DNA from: Opitutales bacterium
Lineage (GTDB): Bacteria; Verrucomicrobiota; Verrucomicrobiia; Opitutales; UBA2987
Length of the DNA stretch: 64,000 nucleotides
Direction of reading: 5' to 3'
NCBI GenBank assembly: GCA_965226885.1
Contig: CBDDEL010000013.1
Span: 416,001 to 480,000, forward strand
A program made the position numbers and the translations under genes. Positions 29,135-39,872 of this stretch are shown here, piece by piece (positions within the stretch are counted from its first letter, which is position 1; each line of letters starts with the position of its first letter). The notes beneath the pieces are model-generated. The model searched no databases and had not been told where the DNA came from. It saw nothing but the letters and a program-made list of their open reading frames with translations.

Positions 29135-30535
29135 ATGAAATTGCGTAACCACTTACCCTTTGTGTTAACACCCATTTGTTTGGCGGCGGTATCTCTTTTT
29201 GGGGGTGATGATTTGGCCGAAGGGGTCGGCGATTTGTTTACGGAGAGGGCGAAATCGGTGGTTGCCATAGAATATTTCATTCAAAGGGAATTGGATCGTT
29301 CGCCGGTTGATACCGTTGGGCTAGTTATTGATAGCGAAGGACTGATAGTGATAAACGAATCGGCCGTGCCCAATTGGCTGCCGCCCGATCATTTCAAGGA
29401 TTTTAAGGTTTATCCGCCGGGGGAAGGCGGCGACGGCTATGAGGCGGAATACCTCGGTAGCGACTACCTCAATGGCTGGCATTACCTGAAGGTGGAGGAG
29501 GCCCTGCGACCCCGGCTGGTTCCCATCGCTAAATTTGAAACGACCACCCCGGTGATGGGGCAAAAGTTATGGGGCATCGGCATTCTCGACCAGAACTTCG
29601 ATTACAGGGCTTATTTTTTGGATGGCCGCATGGCCATGATGCAAAAAGTTCCTCTCAAAATCGGTTTTTCGGAGAACCTTCTGGCCAGTCCCGGCTGCCC
29701 TGTGTTCGATTTTAAGGGCCGTTTCGCGGGCTGGGCCGGCAACCCCGTTACGCGGGAGCGCATCCTATTGCGCGATGGCCGCCAGTCGAGGGTTGGCTTC
29801 CGCCCCATCCGGGAAAGCGGAGCCTTTCTCTTTGCGGACGAATTTTTTGCAAACATCGGCCGGGTTCCCGCTGATCCGGCGGGAGATCCCCGGCCTTGGA
29901 TAGGCATTGCCGGTATGCAGCCTATCGATCGGGAGGTGGCCAGATTTTTGGGATTGGAAGATCAGGGAGCGGTGGCTATAAGCACCATTCTGGAAGGAAG
30001 TCCAGCCGAGGGCAGCAACTTGCAAAGCCGGGACATTATTGTCTCGGTGGATGGTGAGATACTGCCCAAATTTCGGCCCGATGTCATTGTGCAAAATTAT
30101 TTTGAAAGGTTGGTGCTTTTGAAAAAACCTGGCGAAACCCTGGCCCTTGAGGTGGTTCGCGGGGATGGGCGGGAACACGTCGAAATTGTTGTTGGCGACC
30201 ACCCCAAGACTTTGAATAAGGCCCGGCGGCAATACCTGGCGGACCTAGGCCTATCGGTTAGGGAATTCGTGGTTTACGACGCCATCCGGCAGCGTATTCC
30301 GTTTCTCGATGCGCCCGGAGTCATCGCCCAGTTCGTCAAGCCCAACAGCCCCGTTCATGCCGCCGGTTTGCAACTGCGCGACTGGATAAAGGAAATCGAC
30401 GGGGAGGCGGTATCCAACTATGAAACAGCGGTGGAACTACTGTCGTCCATCGAAAACGACGAATCCCGCGACGAATTTGTTCTCCTCATTGACCGCCATA
30501 ATCAAACTTCCGTTCTGCGGGTAAAACTCCGCTAG
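29135..30535 (+). CDS. HtrA-like trypsin-fold + two PDZ protein lacking the catalytic triad
   Basis: Signal-peptide-like N-terminus; GLVIDSEG; triad motifs replaced (INESAV, NGWHYL, ASPGCP); PDZ motifs RPWIGI, LQSRDII, LQLRDWI. Confidence 0.75.
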   Translation: MKLRNHLPFVLTPICLAAVSLFGGDDLAEGVGDLFTERAKSVVAIEYFIQRELDRSPVDTVGLVIDSEGLIVINESAVPNWLPPDHFKDFKVYPPGEGGDGYEAEYLGSDYLNGWHYLKVEEALRPRLVPIAKFETTTPVMGQKLWGIGILDQNFDYRAYFLDGRMAMMQKVPLKIGFSENLLASPGCPVFDFKGRFAGWAGNPVTRERILLRDGRQSRVGFRPIRESGAFLFADEFFANIGRVPADPAGDPRPWIGIAGMQPIDREVARFLGLEDQGAVAISTILEGSPAEGSNLQSRDIIVSVDGEILPKFRPDVIVQNYFERLVLLKKPGETLALEVVRGDGREHVEIVVGDHPKTLNKARRQYLADLGLSVREFVVYDAIRQRIPFLDAPGVIAQFVKPNSPVHAAGLQLRDWIKEIDGEAVSNYETAVELLSSIENDESRDEFVLLIDRHNQTSVLRVKLR

Positions 30536-30570
30536 GTTAAAGCACACTATAAACTAAACATAGAACTGAA

Positions 30571-31176
30571 ATGTTTACTGGAATTGTTGAAGAAACGGGC
30601 AAAGTCCTGGTTTTTGAAGAGGGCGGCGAGGCTTATCGGCTAACCGTCAAGACCGATAAAATCCAGAACGGCATGGCCCTTGGAGACAGCGTGGCGGTCA
30701 ACGGCTGTTGCTTGACCGTTATCACTTTCGATTCCGAAAGCGTCAGTTTCGAGCTGCTGGGTGAAACCGTCCGCTTGACATCGTTTAACGAACTGGCCGT
30801 GGGGGCCGGGGTCAACCTGGAGCGGAGCCTCTGTTTCAACGGCAAGATCGGGGGGCATTTTGTGAGTGGTCATATCGACACCCCCGGCCGGGTGGAAATC
30901 CTCGAAAAGCGTGGCAAAGACTATTACATTAGGATCACGCCACCGCCCGAGTATATGCGTTATCTCATTTATAAAGGCAGCATCGCCATCGATGGAATTT
31001 CCCTCACGGTAGCCGAAGTGGACGACACCGGGTTCTCCGTCTGGCTTATCCCGCACACCATGCAGGCAACCAATCTCAACGAGCGGCAAACCGGCCAGCA
31101 GGTGAACCTCGAATTCGATTTATTAGGCAAATATGTGGAAAAACTATTGCCGGATCGCGAACCCTCCATTTCATAA
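30571..31176 (+). CDS. ribE: Riboflavin synthase (alpha)
   Basis: [42 protein letters not shown]. Confidence 0.96.
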   Translation: MFTGIVEETGKVLVFEEGGEAYRLTVKTDKIQNGMALGDSVAVNGCCLTVITFDSESVSFELLGETVRLTSFNELAVGAGVNLERSLCFNGKIGGHFVSGHIDTPGRVEILEKRGKDYYIRITPPPEYMRYLIYKGSIAIDGISLTVAEVDDTGFSVWLIPHTMQATNLNERQTGQQVNLEFDLLGKYVEKLLPDREPSIS

Positions 31177-31185
31177 TTTGGCGTT

Positions 31186-32055
31186 ATGAGAGAGCAGTTG
31201 GAAAGTCTCGTGAGTGAGCTTAAACGCCTAAAAACCGAGGGCCGGGAAAACGTCTTCATTGCAGACGGGACGCTGGAGAAACTGCGACAATCCGTTCACA
31301 AATCAGTAAAACCCAAAACGGTTCTTCCTAAGACCGAAAATACCCCCATGCCAGTTCCGGTTCAGAGAAAAAAGAAAGAATTCCAAATAGCGCCGATCCC
31401 GCCACCACCTGAATTTCAATTGCCCGAAGGTGGTAAACAACAGCGTTGGGAATGGCTGCGGGAGCGGGTCCTCCATGATCCGGTTTGCAACAAACACCTC
31501 AAGTCCGAAAAAAAAGTCGTTTTTGGCGTTGGCAGTGTTCATGCCGAGCTTTTCTTTTGTGGGGAGGCGCCGGGGGCCGACGAAGAAATTCAGGGCGAGC
31601 CTTTTGTCGGCAGGGCGGGGCAGTTATTGACGAAGATCCTGGGAGGAATGGGCCTGAAACGAGACGAGGTTTATATAGGCAATATTATGAACTGGAGGCC
31701 GGAGCTACCGACTGCCTCCGGCAACCGCCCCCCGACCGTTGATGAGTTCAACTACTGCCTGCCTTTTTTACGGGCCCAACTCGAGATCGTGCAGCCCAAG
31801 GTGATCATTGCCCTGGGCGCGACGGCCGTCAACGGGCTCCTCGGGCCCGATCCCAAACGGCGCATGGGTGATGTCCGTGGAAAGTGGCATGAATTTCAAA
31901 ACATTCCTTTGATGATTACCTATCATCCCTCCTACATATTACGCAGCGGAACCCTCCGCGCCAAACGGACCATTTGGGAAGACATGCTGACCGTTATGGA
32001 GAAGGTAGGTTTGCCTGTCTCCGAAAAACAAAGAGGTTATTTTTTGAGTCAATAA
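31186..32055 (+). CDS. Uracil-DNA glycosylase family 4
   Basis: GEAPGADE, PFVGRAGQLL, NRPP, TYHPSY motifs. Confidence 0.92.
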   Translation: MREQLESLVSELKRLKTEGRENVFIADGTLEKLRQSVHKSVKPKTVLPKTENTPMPVPVQRKKKEFQIAPIPPPPEFQLPEGGKQQRWEWLRERVLHDPVCNKHLKSEKKVVFGVGSVHAELFFCGEAPGADEEIQGEPFVGRAGQLLTKILGGMGLKRDEVYIGNIMNWRPELPTASGNRPPTVDEFNYCLPFLRAQLEIVQPKVIIALGATAVNGLLGPDPKRRMGDVRGKWHEFQNIPLMITYHPSYILRSGTLRAKRTIWEDMLTVMEKVGLPVSEKQRGYFLSQ

Positions 32056-32290
32056 CTAGAACCGGGGATTACGAATTCCTTGACTTTTAAATCATCTAAG
32101 GCTAGATTTAAACTTCAGGCTTGAATTGCCGTTGGGGAACAATGAAATTGTCCGAATGAAAGCCATACTGTGGAGTTTTGTTTGTTCGCCCCTCGATTTC
32201 TTTGAGGACATTGACACCCCAATGGCTGTTGAGGGATAACCTGCAGAGAAAGGGCAATCCCGATGTTTAAAATATTCTCTTACCAAAACG

Positions 32291-33092
32291 GGTAGTGTAT
32301 TAAGTAGGAATGGTGGCTAATTCTTGATTATATTGATGAATGAAAAGTCTCAGACAGGTTTCATGCATACTCTTAAGCTTGGAAAAGGAGAGGGTTTTGC
32401 GTGTGAAACGACCCAGTCGTTGGCGCAGGGTATTGTTCCATCGTTCCACATGGGCCGTTTCACCGGTTTCTTTTCCCACGGATCGGTTATGAGGAAAGAC
32501 TTCATCATAAGTGCTCCAAAAGTCGCTGTAGGTGGCACATCTTTTGTAGGCCCGTGGCAGACGCTCGTAAAGTTCCCGGCAACGATACCAATCCCGAGGC
32601 CCAATGGCATAGGAGAGGATTTGACGGGTGCGTCGGCAAAGAGCGATCCAAACCCATTGGGCATCGCTTTTGCGCCCCACAAAAGACCACAGTTCGTCCA
32701 GTTCAATGACATCATGGCGGCGGGCCGCAAGAATCGTGCTTTTGAGCGGTCGCAGCGATTGTCGTTTTTTTTAACCAACTCAAAACGGTGTTGGGACTCA
32801 CCCCGAAGGCGCGCTGTAAACCGCGTAGACTGCTGCGTTCCTGATAGACTCGAAGGATCATTTCTTTTTGCTCTTCGGTGTATTTCACTGTGGGGTTTTC
32901 GCGGCTTTGTTTACCACAATCATGGCAGCGGTAGCGCTGTTTATGGTTGGGCGTCTTGCCAAATTTAATGATATTTTCACTTCCACAGTGCCGACAATTA
33001 ATAATTTTAGTAACCATGCACTAAGAATAAACTGCCTAACGCTATTTGTACAGCTAAAAATACAAAATAACATTCTTTTTTTATACACTACC
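32291..33092 (-). mobile_element. IS1-family element A, copy 4
   Basis: IRs; 8-bp TSD CCAAAACG; insAB at 32300-33017. Confidence 0.95.
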
Positions 33093-33345
33093 CCAAAACG
33101 GAGGCCGATTTGGTAAATATTTGTTGGCGGCTGTATTCCTGACACTAAGCACATTACCCGCCCTTCCGGTCCAAATACCGGATTCTGCCTTGGAAATAGC
33201 TATCCGCGAGACTCTGGGCAAACCTGTGGGAGAGATTACCCAGGCGGATATGGAATCCCTGACTTCCCTTTCGATCTCTGATTTGAATATTGCCGACCTG
33301 ACTGGACTGGAGGCTGCCGTGAATCTGACCACGCTAATCCTCTCC

Positions 33346-33790
33346 AACAACCAGATCAACGATATCAGCGTCCTGAGCGGGCTCACCAGGCTGACCGCGC
33401 TAAGCCTCTCCAACAACCAGATCAGCGATTTCAGCGCCCTGAGCGGGCTCACCTTCCTGAATCAGCTCTGGCTCGAAAACAACCAGATCAGCGATATCAG
33501 CACCCTGAGCGGGTTCACTATACTGACGAGATTATACCTCGGAAACAACCAGATCAGTAATATCAGCGCCCTGAGCGGGCTTACCTTCCTGGATCAGCTC
33601 GGGCTCGAAAACAACCAGATCAGCAATATCAGCGCCCTGAGCGGGCTCACCAGGCTTAGATGGCTCTGGCTCGAAAACAACCAGATCAGCGATATCAGCG
33701 CCTTGAGCGGGTTGGAGCAATTGGCTCTGCTCTGGCTCCATAACAACCATATCACGGATATCGGCGCTTTGGCGGGTTTGATTAATCTTC
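33346..33790 (+). repeat. 66-bp tandem LRR-coding units (seven)
   Basis: AACAACCAGATC-type core at 33346, 33412, 33478, 33544, 33610, 33676, 33742. Confidence 0.9.
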
Positions 33791-34567
33791 AGGATGACTT
33801 TCTTTTTGACGGTCTAGGTTTGCGACTTCAGGAAAATTTCATCGACGTGACTCCTGGCTCGTCGCAGCGGCAGATCATCGACAACCTCAATGCCATCGAC
33901 GGGCTCACGGTTGAGTTCGAGCCGCAAAATCTGGACATTTTCCAAGGGCAAACTATCGGTGACTTTCCCGGATGGAAAGCTTCCCCGTGGTATATGAATT
34001 ATAACGTCGATTTTTGGCCGTGGATTTTCCACGACGAACACGACTGGCAGTTTGTCGACTCCGGGAGCACAACGGAAGTTATCTTCGTTTGGGATTTGGG
34101 CCTTGGCGAATGGCTCTTTTTCAACGAAAATACCTACCGCTGGGTGTTCTTGTTTGGGGATAACTCAGGCTGGATTTTTACCTTCGGGGATAACACTCCC
34201 AACAGGCGATATTTTCAAAGGTCTGACGATGGTAGCCTATTCAGCGTACCGGTGGGGTTACCGGTTGATTGAGATAGGGGTGCGCAAACTTAATAATTTA
34301 CCGGGTTCGTTTCTCCAGTTTAGGACAAAGATTTCGATGAATTTTTGAATTCGTTTCCCGTTTACTATTTTTAAGATAGGATTTCATAAAAATTGTTGCT
34401 TATCGAAGAAATTTTGAAAGTTTACCCCAAAGTCCTACCTGACTTCAAAATTTGGGATTATTCGGGATTACTCAGGATAACGTAATAATTCCTCAATATT
34501 TTCACCTGAAGAGACTTGATTACTCTAGATGAAATGAGAGAATTTGAGATAATAACGCCCGTTAGGA

Positions 34568-35284
34568 TTACCGTTTCGATTTCGAAATTGATTTCAAGGG
34601 GTTCAACTTTAATTCGGTACCGATTGCGTGTGTATGCAGCCAGCCGTTGGATTGGGAACTTCGACCAGACAGCACCATGTAGTAAATCGTCAGACCCAGT
34701 TTGGGTGTCAGCCTAAATTGGGCCTTTAAAGGGTATAACCGGTTCTGGTTGCATTTATTCGCATTGAAGTCATAAAAAAATTCATTGCCAAATGCGATTT
34801 TCTCCAACCCTGGAAACCAATTTGCGGGGGTGGAGAAAATTATTCTGGGGCGATACCTGGGGAAGAGTTCTCCTCCCTGATTTTCCTTCCAGCGCAATTC
34901 CAGGCGGTTACGGAAGGAAACTTTAAATTTATTGAGAAGCTGGAAATGTGGATTTACTTCTAATTCCAAACGGTGTGTTCTTTTGAAAGGAATGCCTGAG
35001 CTACTTCTACTTTTTTCGAAACTGTAATTGATTCCCAAATCTAAATTTTTCTTTGGCGAATAAACTAATTTTTGAGACAGTCTCCAATTGAACAGATTTG
35101 AGACTTCCTCATTAAATCTCATTTCAGCTTCCAAGCCGACATCCACCTTTTCCCCATCCCATTCATTGACATTAGCCTTCCACCAGTAATGGAAATCGTT
35201 GTTGAAATCTGCCTTGGCCAGTGGAGTTAGAAGTAGGCTCATCGCCTGGCTGAAAATAATGATTAAGGCGGTAAATTTGATCAT
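34568..35284 (-). CDS. DUF2490-like outer-membrane beta-barrel protein
   Basis: Signal peptide; RNRLELRW, RYRPRI, NEFFYD, NQNRL motifs. Confidence 0.72.
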   Translation of the reverse strand: MIKFTALIIIFSQAMSLLLTPLAKADFNNDFHYWWKANVNEWDGEKVDVGLEAEMRFNEEVSNLFNWRLSQKLVYSPKKNLDLGINYSFEKSRSSSGIPFKRTHRLELEVNPHFQLLNKFKVSFRNRLELRWKENQGGELFPRYRPRIIFSTPANWFPGLEKIAFGNEFFYDFNANKCNQNRLYPLKAQFRLTPKLGLTIYYMVLSGRSSQSNGWLHTHAIGTELKLNPLKSISKSKR

Positions 35285-36006
35285 GTCAAAATCTCTGCCC
35301 GGTGAATCGCCACAATGGAAAATGATAGCCCCCGGGAATCAACTTTTTCAAATCCGGCAGCGCAAATTTCCTCCGTTAGTGTTTTCCGGGACGGGAATTT
35401 CCCGATGGTTTCACCCAGATAATGATAAGCCTCGGGTTTGCCCGTTGCCAGCCTCGCCATGAACGGAAGAATAGACCGCAGGTATAAATAGTAGAAGGGG
35501 CGCAGCCATGCTGCTGGTTGACTGAATTCTAGCACCAGCAAAACGCCGCCCGGTTTACGCAGGACGCGGTGCATTTCGCGCAAACCGCGAGCACGGTTTT
35601 CCAGGTTTCGCAGGCCGAATGCTATGGTTAATAAATCCATTTCTCCGTTAGAAAAAGGTAGTTCTAGGCAATCACCCTGAACAAAATCAACATTTTCCAG
35701 ACAAACTGCCCATTTTTGCTTTTTTTGCAGCAGTTTCTTTTTTTCCTCCGCCTTCTCAAGCATCGGGGCGCAAAAATCGATGCCCGTTATTTGCGCCGAT
35801 CCGGCCAAGGTTTTGGCAAGGGCAAAGACGACATCTCCACTCCCGGTGGCCAGGTCGGCCACGATTTTCGGACGGCTTTGGCGGGCGGCCAAAGCCAGTT
35901 CCCGGCGCCAGTAAAAATCCAGGCCCCCACTGAGCAAGTGGTTGGCTAGATCGTAGCGTCCGGCGATGCCGGCAAACATTTCATTAACGGCGGAAGCCTC
36001 GGGCAT
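35281..36006 (-). CDS. ubiE: Ubiquinone/menaquinone biosynthesis methyltransferase
   Basis: MFAGIAGRYDLANHLLSGG, DLATGSGD, AFGLRN, LEFSQP, AYHYL. Confidence 0.9.
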   Translation of the reverse strand: MPEASAVNEMFAGIAGRYDLANHLLSGGLDFYWRRELALAARQSRPKIVADLATGSGDVVFALAKTLAGSAQITGIDFCAPMLEKAEEKKKLLQKKQKWAVCLENVDFVQGDCLELPFSNGEMDLLTIAFGLRNLENRARGLREMHRVLRKPGGVLLVLEFSQPAAWLRPFYYLYLRSILPFMARLATGKPEAYHYLGETIGKFPSRKTLTEEICAAGFEKVDSRGLSFSIVAIHRAEILT

Positions 36007-36013
36007 AAACGGG

Positions 36014-37621
36014 TCAGTCCTCCACTTCTTCCTTGGCTTCCATTTCCTTAAAACTTTCCACCACCATTTGAGAAAGCTCTTTGTCCGGGTTTTCGACGAT
36101 GGCCTGGGTGATGGCAAAAGTAGTATTTCCAGTGTTGCGGGAGACAATTTTGAGGCCGTGCTCAAAATCGCGAAACTTATCCTCGCAGACCGTGCGGATG
36201 GCCTTGTCCGTTTCTATAGCTGCATCGATGAGGGCGTTTATGGCCTCTTCCTCGAATTTCAGTTTCAAACCATGTTCTGCCGAAAACCTGCCCGCAAAGG
36301 CCTCGATATCCTTGCCCATGACTCCTCGTTGGGCGTGCTGGTGCTCTTTGAGGAGTTCATTCAGCGTTTCCTGCGGCTTCACGATGGTATCGGTGGTCAC
36401 TTCGAATCGCTTGACCGCAGTGGAGGGAAGCTCGAATTTATAATTGCGGAAGACGCGTTCAAAAACGGTCAGCAGGCCGCGCGCGCCGGTTTTCTCCTCA
36501 GAAGCCCGTGCGGCGATTTTATCGATGGCTTCCGGAGTGATATTGAAATCGATGTTATAGCCTTTGAAATCGTGTTTGTATTGGGCCAGGATATTACCCT
36601 CCGAACTGGTCAGGATTTGCGCCAAGTCCTCTTTCGTCAACTGGTCGCAGGCTTGCCGGATGGGGAGGCGTCCAATGAATTCGGGCTCGTACCCATATTT
36701 GATAAAATCGGCCGTCTCCACGTATTGGAGAAAGTCGGAGGCATCTCTGGCAGTATCTTCCGAGATGCCGGCAAAACCTATTTTGGAGGCCTGACGCCTC
36801 TTTTTGACGGTATCGGCCAATTTATCGAAAGCGCCGCTGACAATGAAAAGAATATGCCGGGTGCTGATGGTTTTTTTGCGCGTTTTGCCACCGCGGGACA
36901 TTTCCATCATGGCTTGCATCTGGGCCATCATGTCATTCGGACTGAAAAGATTGACCTCGGTATCCTCCATCAGCTTGAGGAGGTTGATCTGCACACCGCG
37001 CCCGGACACATCGCGCCCCATGGCTTCAGTGCTGGACGCGATTTTGTCTATTTCGTCAATGTAAATGATGCCGTACTGGGCAAGATCGACATTGCCGTTG
37101 GCCACCTTGACGAGGTCCCGCACGAGGTCTTCGACATCGTGGCCGACATATCCGGTCTCGGAAAATTTGGTCGCATCGGCCTTCACGAAGGGCACCTTGA
37201 TCAACTTGGCAATGCAGCGCATGAGGTAGGTTTTGCCCACTCCGGTAGGCCCCAGGAGGATGATATTTTGCTTTTGGTATTCTTTTTCCAGGAGATTGGG
37301 ATTCTGGATGCACTGGCGGACATGGTTATAGTGGTCGCAGATAGCCACAGAAAGCACTTTTTTGGCTTCTAACTGTTTGATAACAAAACGGTTAAGAAAA
37401 TCGCGGATCTCTTTGGGCTTTAGGCTGAATTCCTGAATGCGCTTTAAAATGGCCTCATCTTCCCGTTTCGCAGCTTGGGTATCCTGTTGGGGGGCTTTTT
37501 CTCCTTCCGGCGGAGGCATACCGGGGTTTTTGTGAATGCTGAAACTTACATTTTTACCGCCCAAAGCCTCCTGGATTTGTTTTTGTATTTCCTCAAAGGG
37601 ATTTTTCGGTTCGTCGCTCAT
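36014..37621 (-). CDS. ClpX-like AAA+ ATPase without N-terminal zinc finger, with C-terminal extension
   Basis: [39 protein letters not shown] loop, GARGL. Confidence 0.85.
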   Translation of the reverse strand: MSDEPKNPFEEIQKQIQEALGGKNVSFSIHKNPGMPPPEGEKAPQQDTQAAKREDEAILKRIQEFSLKPKEIRDFLNRFVIKQLEAKKVLSVAICDHYNHVRQCIQNPNLLEKEYQKQNIILLGPTGVGKTYLMRCIAKLIKVPFVKADATKFSETGYVGHDVEDLVRDLVKVANGNVDLAQYGIIYIDEIDKIASSTEAMGRDVSGRGVQINLLKLMEDTEVNLFSPNDMMAQMQAMMEMSRGGKTRKKTISTRHILFIVSGAFDKLADTVKKRRQASKIGFAGISEDTARDASDFLQYVETADFIKYGYEPEFIGRLPIRQACDQLTKEDLAQILTSSEGNILAQYKHDFKGYNIDFNITPEAIDKIAARASEEKTGARGLLTVFERVFRNYKFELPSTAVKRFEVTTDTIVKPQETLNELLKEHQHAQRGVMGKDIEAFAGRFSAEHGLKLKFEEEAINALIDAAIETDKAIRTVCEDKFRDFEHGLKIVSRNTGNTTFAITQAIVENPDKELSQMVVESFKEMEAKEEVED

Positions 37622-37720
37622 AATTTATTGTTTGACACTACCTTGTAAATTTACAGAAGTATCAGATGATTAGTTAGTTTGACCCTACTTATATTAGCCA
37701 TACCCTAAAATTCAACCACT

Positions 37721-38035
37721 ATGTCCGGCAACCTTACAAAAAGAGACATCGTTCTAAACATCTACGATAAAACGGGTCTTCCCCAAAAAGAAGTTCGCGA
37801 AGTGGTGCAGTTGACCCTTGACGCAATCGCTGAAGCTCTCGCCGAGGGTAGAAATGTGGAATTGCGCAATTTCGGTGTTTTTGAAGTGCAAGTGCGTAAA
37901 TCGCGCATCGGGCGCAATCCCAACAAACCGGAAAAGGATGTCATCATTCCCAAGCGCGCGGTAATCAAGTTTAAAGCGGGAAAGGAACTCAAAGCTGAGC
38001 TTAAAAGCCTCAATCTGGATCGGATTGGGGGCTAG
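37721..38035 (+). CDS. HU/IHF-family DNA-binding protein
   Basis: VELRNFGVF, RIGRNP, KFKAGKELK. Confidence 0.93.
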   Translation: MSGNLTKRDIVLNIYDKTGLPQKEVREVVQLTLDAIAEALAEGRNVELRNFGVFEVQVRKSRIGRNPNKPEKDVIIPKRAVIKFKAGKELKAELKSLNLDRIGG

Positions 38036-38083
38036 CGCAGGCTGCATTTCCACTTAACCCTTTGACCGGGGGGAACCATCCTG

Positions 38084-39433
38084 ATGTTCGAAAGTCTTCC
38101 GGGTTTTCGCGACTTTTATCCCGAACAATGCGCCGCGCGCAACCACTTGTTCCGGATTTGGCGGCAAACGGCCAACTCTTTCGGGTTTTCCGAATACGAC
38201 GCTCCCGTTCTCGAACCGCTCGACCTGTTTAGGGAAAAAAGCGGTCCGGAGGTCGTTTCCCAGCTTTTTGCCTTCACTGACAAAGGCGGCCGGGAGGTGG
38301 CCTTGCGGCCGGAAATGACGCCCTCTCTTGCCCGATTGGCCGGGGCCAAGGCGGGCAGCCTCAGGAGGCCCATTAAATGGTTCCATGTCGGAGAGCATTA
38401 CCGCTATGAAAAACCGCAAAGAGGCCGCTTGCGCGCTTTTTACCAATTCAATGCCGATATTCTGGGTGAACCCGGACCCGCCGCCGATGCCGAGTTGATT
38501 GCCCTCTGCATTAAGAGCCTGACCGCCTTTGGCCTGAGCTCGAAAGACTTTCGGATCCGCCTTAGTGACCGGGATATCTGGTTGTATTTTATTGCCGGAT
38601 ACGGAATCGAGGGGGAAGCCGCCGCCCGAACGCTCGAAATTATCGACAAACGGGAAAGGGTGGAACGGGAGGTTTGCCTGGAGAAGTTGGGAGAAATATT
38701 TGGAGGTTCGGCCGAAGATTTTCTGAAAGATGTCGAGAAGCTGGCGAAGGCGACGGTTTTTGAAAGTCTCAATGAAATCCTGCTTGGCTCCGCATCCATC
38801 GGCAGTCGTGCGGAAAACCGTGAAAAAATTGCACAGCGAATGGAGGACTGGAAAGCGCTGCTCGGTTATCTCGAAGCCATGGGTTTGATGGAATATGTGC
38901 AAATCGACCTGGGGATTGTTCGCGGTCTGGCCTATTATACGGGTTTTGTCTTCGAGGCCTTTGAGTGTGGGGGGAAGTTGCGGTCCCTGGCCGGCGGCGG
39001 ACGCTATGACCGGCTGGTGCAAAAACTCGGTTACGGCGAATTGCCGGCCTCCGGGTTTGCCATGGGCGATGTCACACTCTGCGATTTGCTCTCCCGCAAA
39101 AATCTATTGCCTGGCATGGTTGCCGTTCCCGATATCCATGTCATACTGGGCGGGGCCGAGGAGCGCGCAACGGCCCTGAGCGATATCCTGAGCCTACGCG
39201 AGCTTGGGTTGAGGGTTGAATACCCGTTGAAGGAAACCGGGTTTGGGAAACAGTTCAAACAGGCCGGTCAATCCGGCGCTCGATATGCCATGATCTATGG
39301 TTCGGAGGAGCTGGCGGCGGATTCGGTGAAAATCCGGGATATGAAGTCCGGGGGTGAGTTGCTGCTCCCGCGCAGCGAGCTGAAAACCGTCATTATCGAT
39401 CTGCTGGAAACTGGAATTCCTAAGAAACAATAA
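38084..39433 (+). CDS. hisS: Histidine--tRNA ligase
   Basis: LRPEMTPSLAR, RYEKPQRGRLRAFYQ, RGLAYYTG, GGGRYD; C-terminal anticodon-binding domain present. Confidence 0.92.
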   Translation: MFESLPGFRDFYPEQCAARNHLFRIWRQTANSFGFSEYDAPVLEPLDLFREKSGPEVVSQLFAFTDKGGREVALRPEMTPSLARLAGAKAGSLRRPIKWFHVGEHYRYEKPQRGRLRAFYQFNADILGEPGPAADAELIALCIKSLTAFGLSSKDFRIRLSDRDIWLYFIAGYGIEGEAAARTLEIIDKRERVEREVCLEKLGEIFGGSAEDFLKDVEKLAKATVFESLNEILLGSASIGSRAENREKIAQRMEDWKALLGYLEAMGLMEYVQIDLGIVRGLAYYTGFVFEAFECGGKLRSLAGGGRYDRLVQKLGYGELPASGFAMGDVTLCDLLSRKNLLPGMVAVPDIHVILGGAEERATALSDILSLRELGLRVEYPLKETGFGKQFKQAGQSGARYAMIYGSEELAADSVKIRDMKSGGELLLPRSELKTVIIDLLETGIPKKQ

Positions 39434-39872
39434 AACCACGGTTGAGCAAGGGAGTCTCATTTCCAGCGATTTTTTGAATCTATTAGGCCAATTGCGCTTC
39501 AGCGCTACATTTTCGTGGCGCGCAGCCGACTTACTCCGTTGTAAATGTACGTTTATGAATTATGCGTCGCTGTGTCCGCAGGTAAAAGGATCCGCGAAAA
39601 GTCTGTATTCGGGAGCCAATCCGATGGCCTGTCGAATCGCAGGTATGTGGTTGACAACTTTTTGGGAGAGGGCGGATTCAAGAGAGCATGTTTACTGATG
39701 CGGGGTGATAATTTCGGAGGCCGCTCTTTCGGCCGTGGCACGGTGGGAGCGGTTTTATCGAAAAAAAGGATTCGGGAATTCGTCGATCTTTTTTATCGGC
39801 AGCCCATTTATCACAAGCGTGCCCAAAGAATGATCGAGCCGCTTGATGACGAGAAGGAATACTACCTTTTGC

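Larger units (their letters stand above)
32263..34272 (+). pseudogene. Internalin-like LRR surface protein with Trp-rich C-terminal domain; signal-peptide region split by IS1
   Basis: Removing the IS plus one TSD gives MFKIFSYQNGGRFGKYLLAAVFLTLSTLPALPVQIPD in frame; 22-aa LRRs. Confidence 0.85.

Noticed and set aside
33346..33790. Regularly spaced 66-bp repeats as CRISPR or DGR template/variable repeats
   Set aside because: They are in-frame 22-aa LRR units; there is no reverse transcriptase and differences are not adenine-specific.
35966..37372. Long antisense ORFs (468 aa here; also 27803-28870, 38054-39022, 13120-13869)
   Set aside because: They are shadow frames opposite well-conserved genes and show no recognisable motifs.
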